The notes under the pieces: model-generated
What the model was told of the DNA's origin: nothing
Database searches by the model: none
Seen by the model: the letters and a program-made list of their open reading frames with translations, nothing else
Position numbers and translations under genes: made by a program
Source of the DNA: Bacteroidota bacterium
Lineage (GTDB): Bacteria > Bacteroidota > Bacteroidia > Bacteroidales > UBA1715
Direction: 5' to 3'
NCBI GenBank assembly: GCA_009786075.1
Contig: WQTX01000099.1
Span: 1 to 10,499, forward strand
DNA length: 10,499 bases
In this document: positions 1 to 7,081 of the stretch, one piece after another
How the letters are laid out: every line of letters starts with the position of its first letter
Position numbering within the stretch: the first letter of the stretch is position 1

Positions 1-696
1 GAAATAGAAGTTTGTAGCCGTTGCGGCGAGCCATCGGGCAATAGTCGCGAAGTTGTCAACAACTGTAATGGCATTGCCGTAAATGCAACCAACTTCCCTG
101 ACGCAAATTTCAGAGCATGGATATTGTCTCAACCTTGGGGTAGCGATGCTTGTATTTCCACAAGTGCAATTGCGGGAATCAGAGATATGAATGTTTCCGG
201 AAAAAATATTGCCGACCTTACGGGTATCAACTATTTTACCGGACTTCAATATTTGAATTGCAGTAACAATCAACTCACTACGCTTAATGTAACGGGCTTG
301 ACGCACCTTATCGGCTTGGATTGCCGCAATAATCAACTCACGTTGCTTGATGTTTCGGGATTGGTACACCTTAAATACTTGGATTGCGACAACAATGGAC
401 TTGTCACGTTAAGAGTGGCGAAATTGGCAAATCTTGTTACATACAACGGCGATGCACAAACCCGCATCATCGAAATTGACGAAATCGACGAAAACGCTAT
501 TGTTATCAATGTTTATCCGAACCCAACTGCCGACAAAGTATATCTTTCAACCGATGCCAACGTACAACTTTTCACTCAACAAGGTGCATTGTTATACAGC
601 GGATTCGGCAACGAAATAGACTTGACCAACTATCCTCAAGGAATATATATCTTGAAGATAAATGGGGGCAAAGTAGTGAAAGTGGTGAAATTATAA
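1..696 (+). CDS. 3' portion (5'-partial, starts before window) of a large secreted LRR / Cys-repeat protein with T9SS C-terminal sorting domain; paralog of the 946..6330 gene
   Basis: Frame 1 is open from nt 1 with no in-frame stop (EIEVCSRCGEPSGNSREVVNNCNGIAVNATNFPDANFRAWILSQPWGS...) and runs into the 124..696 ORF in the same frame. The protein is about 93% identical to the last ~230 aa of the 946..6330 product, apart from two 3-aa indels. LRR motifs (NNQLTTLNVTGLTHL) are present. The C-terminus VYPNPTADKVYLS...GIYILKINGGKVVKVVKL matches the Por/T9SS sorting-domain consensus. The stop is TAA at 694-696. Confidence 0.85.
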   Translation, partial: EIEVCSRCGEPSGNSREVVNNCNGIAVNATNFPDANFRAWILSQPWGSDACISTSAIAGIRDMNVSGKNIADLTGINYFTGLQYLNCSNNQLTTLNVTGLTHLIGLDCRNNQLTLLDVSGLVHLKYLDCDNNGLVTLRVAKLANLVTYNGDAQTRIIEIDEIDENAIVINVYPNPTADKVYLSTDANVQLFTQQGALLYSGFGNEIDLTNYPQGIYILKINGGKVVKVVKL

Positions 697-709
697 CTAA
701 ATACAAACC

Positions 710-737
710 GTAGAGACGCAATGTATTGCGTCTCTAC
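710..737 (+). repeat. Perfect palindromic hairpin GTAGAGACGCAAT-gt-ATTGCGTCTCTAC, member of a recurring GTAGAGACG palindrome family (copy 1 of 3)
   Basis: Arms 710-722 and 725-737 are exact reverse complements. The same core arms recur at 6344..6372 and 9533..9560. Confidence 0.6.
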
Positions 738-746
738 AACACCCAA

Positions 747-780
747 AACGGCAAACCATTTTCAGGTTTGCCGTTTTTTT
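747..780 (+). terminator. Rho-independent terminator of the upstream large gene
   Basis: An 11-bp perfect stem AACGGCAAACC (747-757) pairs with GGTTTGCCGTT (765-775). The loop is attttca. A T-tract continues from the stem to 780. Confidence 0.8.
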
Positions 781-820
781 GTAAAATTCACAAAAGTTAA
801 CTATATTAATAGCACTTAGG

Positions 821-851
821 TGTTATTGATAAGATATTTTTTTTACCTTTG
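821..851 (+). promoter_or_regulatory. Candidate Bacteroidota sigma-A promoter for the 946..6330 gene (-7 TAccTTTG at 844-851, weak -33-like TTG around 826-828)
   Basis: TACCTTTG fits the Bacteroidetes -7 consensus TAnnTTTG. The same tTTAcCTTTG context precedes the nfeD-like gene at 6510-6517. The match is by motif only. Confidence 0.35.
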
Positions 852-945
852 TGACTTGGCATCATTTACAGTGGAGCGTAATGTTGCCGAAGACATAAAA
901 AATTAGTACATATTAACTTGTTTTTTTATTACTTCTAAAACGAAA

Positions 946-3900
946 ATGCTTATGAGCACTACTTTTACCCATAAACAATGCCCTAAATTAATTGCACTGT
1001 TTGTTTTCTACATTATTTCTTGTAGAATGCTCCTTGCCGCACCAGCATATCCCTATCCGGTTACTTTTACGCAACCCGACGGAGATACTCTGACTATTGT
1101 AATGAAAGGCGATGAGTCCTTGAAGTATGCGGAGACCGAAGATGGTTATACTTTAATGTATGACGAGAAAGGCGCTCTTTGCTATGCACAGCGGAAGGTA
1201 AATGGTGATATAGAACCGTCAAAATACATCGCAAGGTCTAAAAGAAATCGAACATCCGATGAGGCGAATTTTTTACGGACAATCTCTCTGAGATTATCTC
1301 ACAGTAAGTCGCAATTAAGCTCTTCCTCAAGTATCCCAAAACTGCGGTCAAGTGGAGTGGATTTGACCCAAAAAGCATTCCCTGCAACAGGGGAGCGAAA
1401 ATTACTGTGTATCCTCATCGGTACTCCGGACAGAGGATTTGTCAAAACTCAGAATGAGTTTAATAATCTTTTCAATCAGGTAGGTTACAGTGTTGATGGA
1501 GCTGATGGAAGCGTGCGCGATTATTTTCTTGAAGCGTCTTACGGGCAACTTAACTTATCGACTGACGTAGTGGGTCCGTTTACTGCAAGCAAAGATATGG
1601 CATACTATACCTACAATTACGCGCGCACGCAGGAGTTGATATTGGAAGCTTGTGCTATGGCGCATAACAGTGGAGTGGATTTTTCTGTTTATGATAATGA
1701 CAAAGATGGTGTGATTGACGGACTTTACATTATTTATGCCGGACATGGTCAAGAATCCGGTGCCAGTAATTCTATTTGGGCGCATGCAGGATGGCTTCCG
1801 GAAACACAATTCAATGGTGTATGGGTTCAAAATTACGCTTGTTCCCCCGAACGAAGATATAATAGCGGAACATATATGACACATATTGGGATTATTTGCC
1901 ACGAATTTGGTCATACATTAGGTGCAGGGGATTACTATGGGGGGATATTTGCAGAAACCGGACCGTGGGACTTAATGGCTGGCGGAAGCTGGAATAATGA
2001 TGGGCGTACCCCGCCTCACCCTAATCCTTATGTGAAAATTTACAACTATAATTGGGCTACCGTTACTGAACTGAATACTCCACAAGTCGTTACTGTGTCT
2101 CCTTCCATAGATGATAAAACAGCATTTTACAAGGTTAACACGACGACCCCCGGCGAATATTTTCTCATTGAAAACCGTCAACAGAAAAAATTTGATACTC
2201 ATATTCCCGGAAGAGGGTTGATGATTTACAGATCAAGTGTTGAGGCTCCCGGCGCTACCAATCTTCAGAAATTCTATCCGGTTTCTGCCAATGCTCCGGT
2301 ACCAATACCCAGACAGGGAGACGCGCTAAGTAACTATGGAAATATTAGTATTGCTTCTTGCCCTTGGCCCGGCACAGGTAATAAAACCTTGTTTACCGAT
2401 GCTACAACTCCTTGGATGAAATCTTGGGCAAATGCCAACACCGGTAAGCCTATAACCAATATTGTAGAAAACATTACTACCGGTGATATTACTTTTTCTT
2501 TTATGGGAGTAACAGACTATTATATTATCCAAGCCTCTGCAAACCAAGGAGGCGTGCTTTCTCCATCAGGAAACGTTATTGTTACTCACGGAAATTCCCA
2601 AGCATTTATCATCACTCCCGACCCGGGAAAGAAAATCGCTTCGGTAGTGGTTGACGGAGAGATTGTGCCGGAGGCTGTTGTAGCCGGCAGTTATACCTTT
2701 ACCAATGTAGCCGGCAATCATAAGATTGATGTAACTTTTATTGATGAAGCCGGATTGGGCATTGCTATAGACAAAGTCAATTTCCCTGACGATTATTTCA
2801 GAATATGGGCATTGACGCGACCTTGGGGAAGTGATGCAATACTTACCCCTGACGAAATTGCGGGCATAACTAATATGTCTGTTAATAATATGGGTATATC
2901 CGATTTGAAGGGATTAGAGTATTTTACAGCGCTGAAAGAGTTGTATTGCTACAACAACAAACTCTTTTCGCTTGATGTGTCAAACTTGACTAATCTTGAA
3001 ACTTTGTTTTGTGACAACAACCAATTGACTTCGCTTGATGTGTCGAATTTGACTAATCTTAAACATTTGTCTTGTAGCAACAATAAGCTCACTTCGCTTG
3101 ATGTGTCGGGAAAGAAAACTAATCTTGTAACTTTGCATTGTAGCAACAATCAACTCGCTACGCTTAATGTGTCGAACTTGATCAATCTTGAATCTTTCGC
3201 TTGCCACGGGAATCACCTTACGGCAATTGATGTGTGGGGTTTAACAAAACTTATTGGTTATATACCTTTTAGTTTGCAAACTCCAATCCTTACTTTAACT
3301 TTGACCGCAGACGGCACTTATAGCGCTGCAATAGCGTTGCATAATCCTACGTTGTCCAAATTTGCCGCAGGCATAACCTACAAAGACGGCAAACTGATAA
3401 GCAACAGCAACGCAATCAGCCAATCGGATTTTGAAGTAGATGTAGTAGGGCGAAACGCAAAACTGACCGGTACGATTACCTTGCTCTATAATGAAGCTTG
3501 TGCACACGATTTTTCTCTGTTTGGCACGCTGGTAAGCGCTGCAACCTGTGAAAGTCCCGCCAAGCACAAAGCCAAATGTAGCATTTGCGGTGCAGAAAGC
3601 GAAAGCGATTTATTGGACGGTATCTCAATCAACTGCGGCATTGCCATAAACGCAATCAACTTCCCTGATGCGAATTTCAGAGCGTGGGCATTGTCTCAAC
3701 CTTGGGGTAACGATGCGTATCTTTCCGCTGCCGAAATTGCGTCGATAACCGAGATAAATGTCCGCGGAAAGGGAATAGCCTCGTTGAAAGGAATAGAATA
3801 TTTTACAGCATTGAAAACGTTGGATTGCTCCAACAATCAACTTGAAACGCTTGATATATCGGCTTTGACAAATCTTCAATACTTCTCTTGCCAAAACAAT

Positions 3901-6330
3901 CAGCTCACTTCGCTTGATTTGTCGGGTTCACCATTTATTAAAGGCGTGGAGTGCTTCAACCAAACCCCAACCCTCACGTTAAACGCAGATGGTGGTGTAT
4001 ATAGCGTAGCAATCACGTTGAACAATCTGACAAAATTGGCAAACGGCATCACTTACGCAGGCGGTAAATTGATAAGCAATAGCAACACCATTGCCTCTAC
4101 GCCATTTGAAGTAAATGTAACAGGAAACGCTGCAAAATTGAGTGGAACGATTACCTTGCTGTATGGTGCTGTTGAGGTTTGTACACACGATTTTTCCATA
4201 CTTGGCACATTGGTAAGCGCAGCAACTTGTACAACCTCGGCAAAACACAAAGCAAAATGCAGCTTGTGTGGCGAAGAACACGCAACGCTGTTGTTGAACG
4301 GCGCATCTGCTCTCGGACACGATTTCTCCGTATGGATTGTAAACCCGGCAAACGCAACCGAGCAAATCGAAGTTTGCAGCCGTTGCGGCGAACCATCGGG
4401 CAACAGCCGTGAAATTGTTTGTGAACATACATTTACCGCATGGGAAATCACAACTCCTGCCACTTGTACTGCTACCGGAGTAAGAACCGAAAAATGTTCA
4501 CTTTGCGGAACATTGGGTACAACAACACAGGTAATACCTGCATTGGGACATAATTATACAACCGTTGTAATACTGCCAACCTGTACCGCACAGGGTTACA
4601 CAACCTATACCTGTACTCGTGGCGATGATGAATATGTTGGTAATTATGTTGCGGCGCTCGGACATAACTTCTCCGTATGGATTATAAATCCGGCAAACGC
4701 CAACGAAGAAATCGAAGTATGTAGCCGTTGTGGCGAGCCTTCGGGTAACAGCCGTGAAATAGCCGTCGTTATCAACTGTAATGGCAATGGCATCGCCATC
4801 AACGCCACCAACTTCCCTGATGCAAATTTCAGAGCTTGGGCATTGTCACAACCTTGGGGCAGCGATGCTTGTCTTTCCGTTGCCGAAATTGCGGGAATAA
4901 CAGAAATTAACGTATCAGGAAAAGGCATTGCCTCCTTGAAAGGAATCGAACATTTCACTTTCTTGAAAACGTTGAATTGCAGCAACAATCAACTCACAGT
5001 GCTTAATTTGTCAGGCTTGTCTCATATTCAATATTTGTCTTGCCAAAACAACCAACTTACCGCGCTTGATGTGTCAAGTTCGCAGTTCATTAAAGGAGTG
5101 GAGAGCTTCAACCAAACCCCAACACTTACATTAGCCGCAGACGGTAGTGTGTATAGTGTGGCAATCGCATTGAGCAATCCGACAAGATTGGCAAGTGGCA
5201 TCTCTTACGCAGGCGGCAAATTGATAAGCAATAGCAACACCATTGCCACTACTCCTTTTGAAGTAAATGTAACAGGAAACAGTGCGAAATTGAGCGGAAC
5301 GATTACCTTGTTGTATGGCGGAACAGTAGAAGTTTGTGAGCACGAATTTACTGTGCTCGGTACATTGGTAAGCGCAGCGACTTGTACCACCCCGGCAAAA
5401 CACAAAGCGAAATGCAGCTTGTGCGGCGCAGAACACGTAACACTGTTGTTGAACGGCGCTCCTGCACTCGGACACGGTTTTACTGCTTGGGAAATCACAA
5501 CTCTTGCCACTTGTACCACTACCGGCGTGAGAACCGAAAAATGTTCACGTTGCGGAGTACTCGGAACACAAACACAAGTAATTGCAGCATTAGGACACAA
5601 TTTCACCGTGTGGATTGTAACTTCAAATGCGAACGAGGAAATCGAAGTATGTAGCCGTTGCGGCGAGCCATCGGGTAATAGTCGTGAAATCCCAACTACC
5701 AATTGCGTTGGCGGTATTGCCGTAAACGCAACCAACTTCCCTGATGCAAATTTCAGAACATGGATATTGTCTCAACCTTGGGGCAGCGATGCGTGTATTT
5801 CCACAAATGCAATTGCGGGCATAAGAGATATAAATGTTTCCGGAAAAAATATTGCCGACCTTACGGGTATCAACTATTTTACCGGACTTCAATATTTGAA
5901 TTGCTCCAACAATCAACTTACAACGCTTAATGTAACGGGCTTGACGCACCTTATTGGCTTGGATTGCCGCAACAATCAACTCACGTTGCTTGATGTTTCG
6001 GGATTGGTACACCTTAAATATTTGGATTGCGATAACAATGGACTTGTTACGCTAAGAGTGGCGAAATTGGCAAATTTTGTTACATACAATGGCGATGCAG
6101 AAACCCATATTATCGAAATCGATGAAAACGCTATTTCCATCAACGTTTATCCGAACCCAACTGCCGATAAAGTTTATCTTTCAACCGATGCCAATGTACA
6201 ACTCTTCACTCAACAAGGAGCATTGTTATATGTCGGCTATGGTAACAAAATAGATTTGACCAACTATCCTCAAGGAATATATATCTTGAAGATAAACGGA
6301 GACATGGTAGTGAAAGTGGTGAAATTATAA
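946..6330 (+). CDS. Giant modular secreted protein: signal peptide, M6 (immune inhibitor A-like) zinc metalloprotease domain, possible InlB-B-repeat-like Ig domain, 4 LRR modules with interleaved beta-domain and Cys-rich ALGH mini-repeats, T9SS C-terminal sorting domain
   Basis: A single 1794-aa ORF. The N-terminus MLMSTTFTHKQCPKLIALFVFYIISCRMLLAA has a hydrophobic core consistent with a signal peptide. An M6/InhA-like region follows (QPDGDT..., DYFLEASYGQLNL, DGVIDGLYIIYAGHGQE), with the zinc motif HEFGH at nt 1900..1914 (ICHEFGHTLGAGDYYG). Around nt 2515-2748 the segment QGGVLSPSGNVIVTHGNSQAFIITPDPGKKIASVVVDGEIV...YTFTNVAGNHKIDVTFID resembles divergent InlB B-repeat domains; I am recalling this motif from memory. 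Four modules begin with NFPDxxFRxWALxxPWGSDA followed by 22-aa LRRs (LxxLxCxNNQLTSLDVSxLTNL), starting at about nt 2770, 3650, 4800 and 5730. The C-terminal about 65 aa, VYPNPTADKVYLSTDANVQ...GIYILKINGDMVVKVVKL, is a Por_Secre_tail-type T9SS domain. The stop is TAA at 6328-6330. Confidence 0.9.
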   Translation: MLMSTTFTHKQCPKLIALFVFYIISCRMLLAAPAYPYPVTFTQPDGDTLTIVMKGDESLKYAETEDGYTLMYDEKGALCYAQRKVNGDIEPSKYIARSKRNRTSDEANFLRTISLRLSHSKSQLSSSSSIPKLRSSGVDLTQKAFPATGERKLLCILIGTPDRGFVKTQNEFNNLFNQVGYSVDGADGSVRDYFLEASYGQLNLSTDVVGPFTASKDMAYYTYNYARTQELILEACAMAHNSGVDFSVYDNDKDGVIDGLYIIYAGHGQESGASNSIWAHAGWLPETQFNGVWVQNYACSPERRYNSGTYMTHIGIICHEFGHTLGAGDYYGGIFAETGPWDLMAGGSWNNDGRTPPHPNPYVKIYNYNWATVTELNTPQVVTVSPSIDDKTAFYKVNTTTPGEYFLIENRQQKKFDTHIPGRGLMIYRSSVEAPGATNLQKFYPVSANAPVPIPRQGDALSNYGNISIASCPWPGTGNKTLFTDATTPWMKSWANANTGKPITNIVENITTGDITFSFMGVTDYYIIQASANQGGVLSPSGNVIVTHGNSQAFIITPDPGKKIASVVVDGEIVPEAVVAGSYTFTNVAGNHKIDVTFIDEAGLGIAIDKVNFPDDYFRIWALTRPWGSDAILTPDEIAGITNMSVNNMGISDLKGLEYFTALKELYCYNNKLFSLDVSNLTNLETLFCDNNQLTSLDVSNLTNLKHLSCSNNKLTSLDVSGKKTNLVTLHCSNNQLATLNVSNLINLESFACHGNHLTAIDVWGLTKLIGYIPFSLQTPILTLTLTADGTYSAAIALHNPTLSKFAAGITYKDGKLISNSNAISQSDFEVDVVGRNAKLTGTITLLYNEACAHDFSLFGTLVSAATCESPAKHKAKCSICGAESESDLLDGISINCGIAINAINFPDANFRAWALSQPWGNDAYLSAAEIASITEINVRGKGIASLKGIEYFTALKTLDCSNNQLETLDISALTNLQYFSCQNNQLTSLDLSGSPFIKGVECFNQTPTLTLNADGGVYSVAITLNNLTKLANGITYAGGKLISNSNTIASTPFEVNVTGNAAKLSGTITLLYGAVEVCTHDFSILGTLVSAATCTTSAKHKAKCSLCGEEHATLLLNGASALGHDFSVWIVNPANATEQIEVCSRCGEPSGNSREIVCEHTFTAWEITTPATCTATGVRTEKCSLCGTLGTTTQVIPALGHNYTTVVILPTCTAQGYTTYTCTRGDDEYVGNYVAALGHNFSVWIINPANANEEIEVCSRCGEPSGNSREIAVVINCNGNGIAINATNFPDANFRAWALSQPWGSDACLSVAEIAGITEINVSGKGIASLKGIEHFTFLKTLNCSNNQLTVLNLSGLSHIQYLSCQNNQLTALDVSSSQFIKGVESFNQTPTLTLAADGSVYSVAIALSNPTRLASGISYAGGKLISNSNTIATTPFEVNVTGNSAKLSGTITLLYGGTVEVCEHEFTVLGTLVSAATCTTPAKHKAKCSLCGAEHVTLLLNGAPALGHGFTAWEITTLATCTTTGVRTEKCSRCGVLGTQTQVIAALGHNFTVWIVTSNANEEIEVCSRCGEPSGNSREIPTTNCVGGIAVNATNFPDANFRTWILSQPWGSDACISTNAIAGIRDINVSGKNIADLTGINYFTGLQYLNCSNNQLTTLNVTGLTHLIGLDCRNNQLTLLDVSGLVHLKYLDCDNNGLVTLRVAKLANFVTYNGDAETHIIEIDENAISINVYPNPTADKVYLSTDANVQLFTQQGALLYVGYGNKIDLTNYPQGIYILKINGDMVVKVVKL
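3631..4773 (+). repeat. Internal direct repeat unit 2 of the large gene (LRR + beta-domain + extended Cys-rich repeat block); paralogous to 4774..5700 and partly to 2770..3630 and 5701..6330
   Basis: Long stretches of near-identical DNA recur. AACTTCCCTGATGCAAATTTCAGAGC is found at 3658, 4810, 5737 and 97. GAAGT(a/t)TG(t/c)AGCCGTTG(c/t)GGCGA(g/a)CC(a/t)TCGGG(t/c)AA(t/c)AG(t/c)CG(t/c)GAAAT(c/t/a) is found at 4369, 4726, 5647 and 4. The protein segments align at high identity. Confidence 0.8.
4774..5700 (+). repeat. Internal direct repeat unit 3 of the large gene (same module order as unit 2, one Cys-repeat sub-block shorter)
   Basis: The protein INCNGNGIAINATNFPDANFRAWALSQPWGSDACLS...EIEVCSRCGEPSGNSREI aligns to unit 2 (ISINCGIAINAINFPDANFRAWALSQPWGNDAYLS...). 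Many DNA blocks are near-identical. Confidence 0.8.
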
Positions 6331-6343
6331 CTAAATACAAACC

Positions 6344-6372
6344 GTAGAGACGCAATAGTATTACGTCTCTAC
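6344..6372 (+). repeat. Palindromic hairpin GTAGAGACG-caatagtatta-CGTCTCTAC (copy 2 of the GTAGAGACG palindrome family)
   Basis: The 9-bp arms at 6344-6352 and 6364-6372 are exact reverse complements. This copy is paralogous to 710..737 through the tandem duplication. Confidence 0.6.
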
Positions 6373-6381
6373 AACACCCAA

Positions 6382-6413
6382 AACGGCAAACCTGAAAATG
6401 GTTTGCCGTTTTT
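6382..6413 (+). terminator. Rho-independent terminator of the 946..6330 gene
   Basis: The stem AACGGCAAACC (6382-6392) pairs with GGTTTGCCGTT (6400-6410). The loop is tgaaaat. A T-run reaches 6413. The stem sequence is the same as in the 747..780 terminator. Confidence 0.8.
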
Positions 6414-6509
6414 GCACTTAAAATCAAAAATAAAATTGACTTCAAAAAAAGAATTATTCAACACCCGGAAAATTTATTTTATGCTGATAAGCATTATTTA
6501 TTTTTTTAT

Positions 6510-6517
6510 TACCTTTG
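6510..6517 (+). promoter_or_regulatory. Candidate -7 promoter element TAccTTTG for the nfeD-like/flotillin operon
   Basis: TACCTTTG lies 23 nt upstream of the ATG at 6540, in an AT-rich intergenic region. It matches the Bacteroidetes TAnnTTTG consensus and the motif upstream of the 946 gene. Confidence 0.4.
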
Positions 6518-6539
6518 AGGGAAATTTAATATAGACGGT

Positions 6540-7055
6540 ATGGCTTGGTATGAAATTATGTTATTGGTATCCGGAGGATTTTTTGCCGTATCCTCAATCA
6601 TCTCGCTGTTGTTCGGCTCGTTGGATATGAATTTTGATGGAGGACCGGAAACCGTTTTGAGCGATGTTTTTTCGTTCAAAGGGATTATACATTTTTGTAT
6701 TGGTTTTTCCCTTGTACTAACGTTGATGCAGGAGGTTACGGTTATTTCCATCGCTTGCGGAGTGGTTACGGGGGTGATATTTTCCATCGTGCTGTATTTT
6801 CTGTATAAATTTATTTACGAAAAAGCGCACCAAAGTATGAAATATACCGAAGAAATTCACAATTTGGACGCAGAGGTCTATTTTTGGGATAAAACCTCGC
6901 GCACAGGCGAAGTTTTTGTTACATTGGAAGGTCGCCCCGTAACGATTTCCATCAAATGTCCCGACGGAACAGACCTGCAAAGAGGACAAAAATTGAAAGT
7001 TTCGGGTTCCCGAAAATTAGTTCATCCAAGTGAAACACAAGTTAATCATCAATAA
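6540..7055 (+). CDS. NfeD-like membrane protein (short YuaF-type partner of SPFH/flotillin proteins)
   Basis: The 171-aa protein begins with 2-3 hydrophobic helices (YEIMLLVSGGFFAVSSIISLLFGSL; IIHFCIGFSLVLTLMQ; VTVISIACGVVTGVIFSIVLYFLYKFI). A C-terminal beta-rich segment (GEVFVTLEGRPVTISIKCPDGTDLQRGQKLKVSG) is typical of the NfeD OB-fold. The gene lies directly upstream of a flotillin gene, as in yuaF-floT and yqiJ-yqiK. Confidence 0.8.
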   Translation: MAWYEIMLLVSGGFFAVSSIISLLFGSLDMNFDGGPETVLSDVFSFKGIIHFCIGFSLVLTLMQEVTVISIACGVVTGVIFSIVLYFLYKFIYEKAHQSMKYTEEIHNLDAEVYFWDKTSRTGEVFVTLEGRPVTISIKCPDGTDLQRGQKLKVSGSRKLVHPSETQVNHQ

Positions 7056-7081
7056 TAATTATTAAAAATTTATCAATAAAA

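Noticed and set aside
434-619. 61-aa plus-strand ORF in an alternative frame within the upstream partial gene
   Set aside because: It is fully nested in the well-supported frame-1 coding sequence, and its composition is not protein-like.
2949-3216. Two antisense ORFs (66 and 78 aa) with a strikingly periodic sequence (…SELIVATMQSYKISF…)
   Set aside because: They lie antisense to the LRR module of the large gene. The periodicity is just the reverse-complement reading of the 22-codon LRR DNA repeat. There are no start or regulatory signals.
2890-3240. Regularly spaced ~66-bp repeats that could superficially suggest a CRISPR-like array
   Set aside because: The units are in-frame LRR coding repeats with variable sequence. 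There are no identical repeats separated by unique spacers and no cas genes.
3295-6012. Multiple minus-strand ORFs (90-176 aa) and small plus-strand ORFs (4179..4412, 5382..5654) inside the 946..6330 gene
   Set aside because: They all overlap the long, intact and clearly homologous plus-strand ORF, which is repetitive and moderate in GC. They have no homology-like features. They are repeated only because the underlying DNA is repeated.
6206-6445. 79-aa minus-strand ORF spanning the end of the large gene and both terminator hairpins
   Set aside because: It overlaps the T9SS-domain coding region and the palindromic terminators. Hairpins often create spurious ORFs.
6414-6539. AT-rich intergenic region checked for small ORFs or RNA genes
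   Set aside because: It has no ORF with a start codon and no tRNA-like or structured-RNA features. It is best explained as the promoter region of the nfeD-like/flotillin operon.
6509-6989. Two minus-strand ORFs (92 and 90 aa) overlapping the NfeD-like gene
   Set aside because: They lie antisense to a well-supported membrane-protein gene in operon with the flotillin gene. They have no independent signals.
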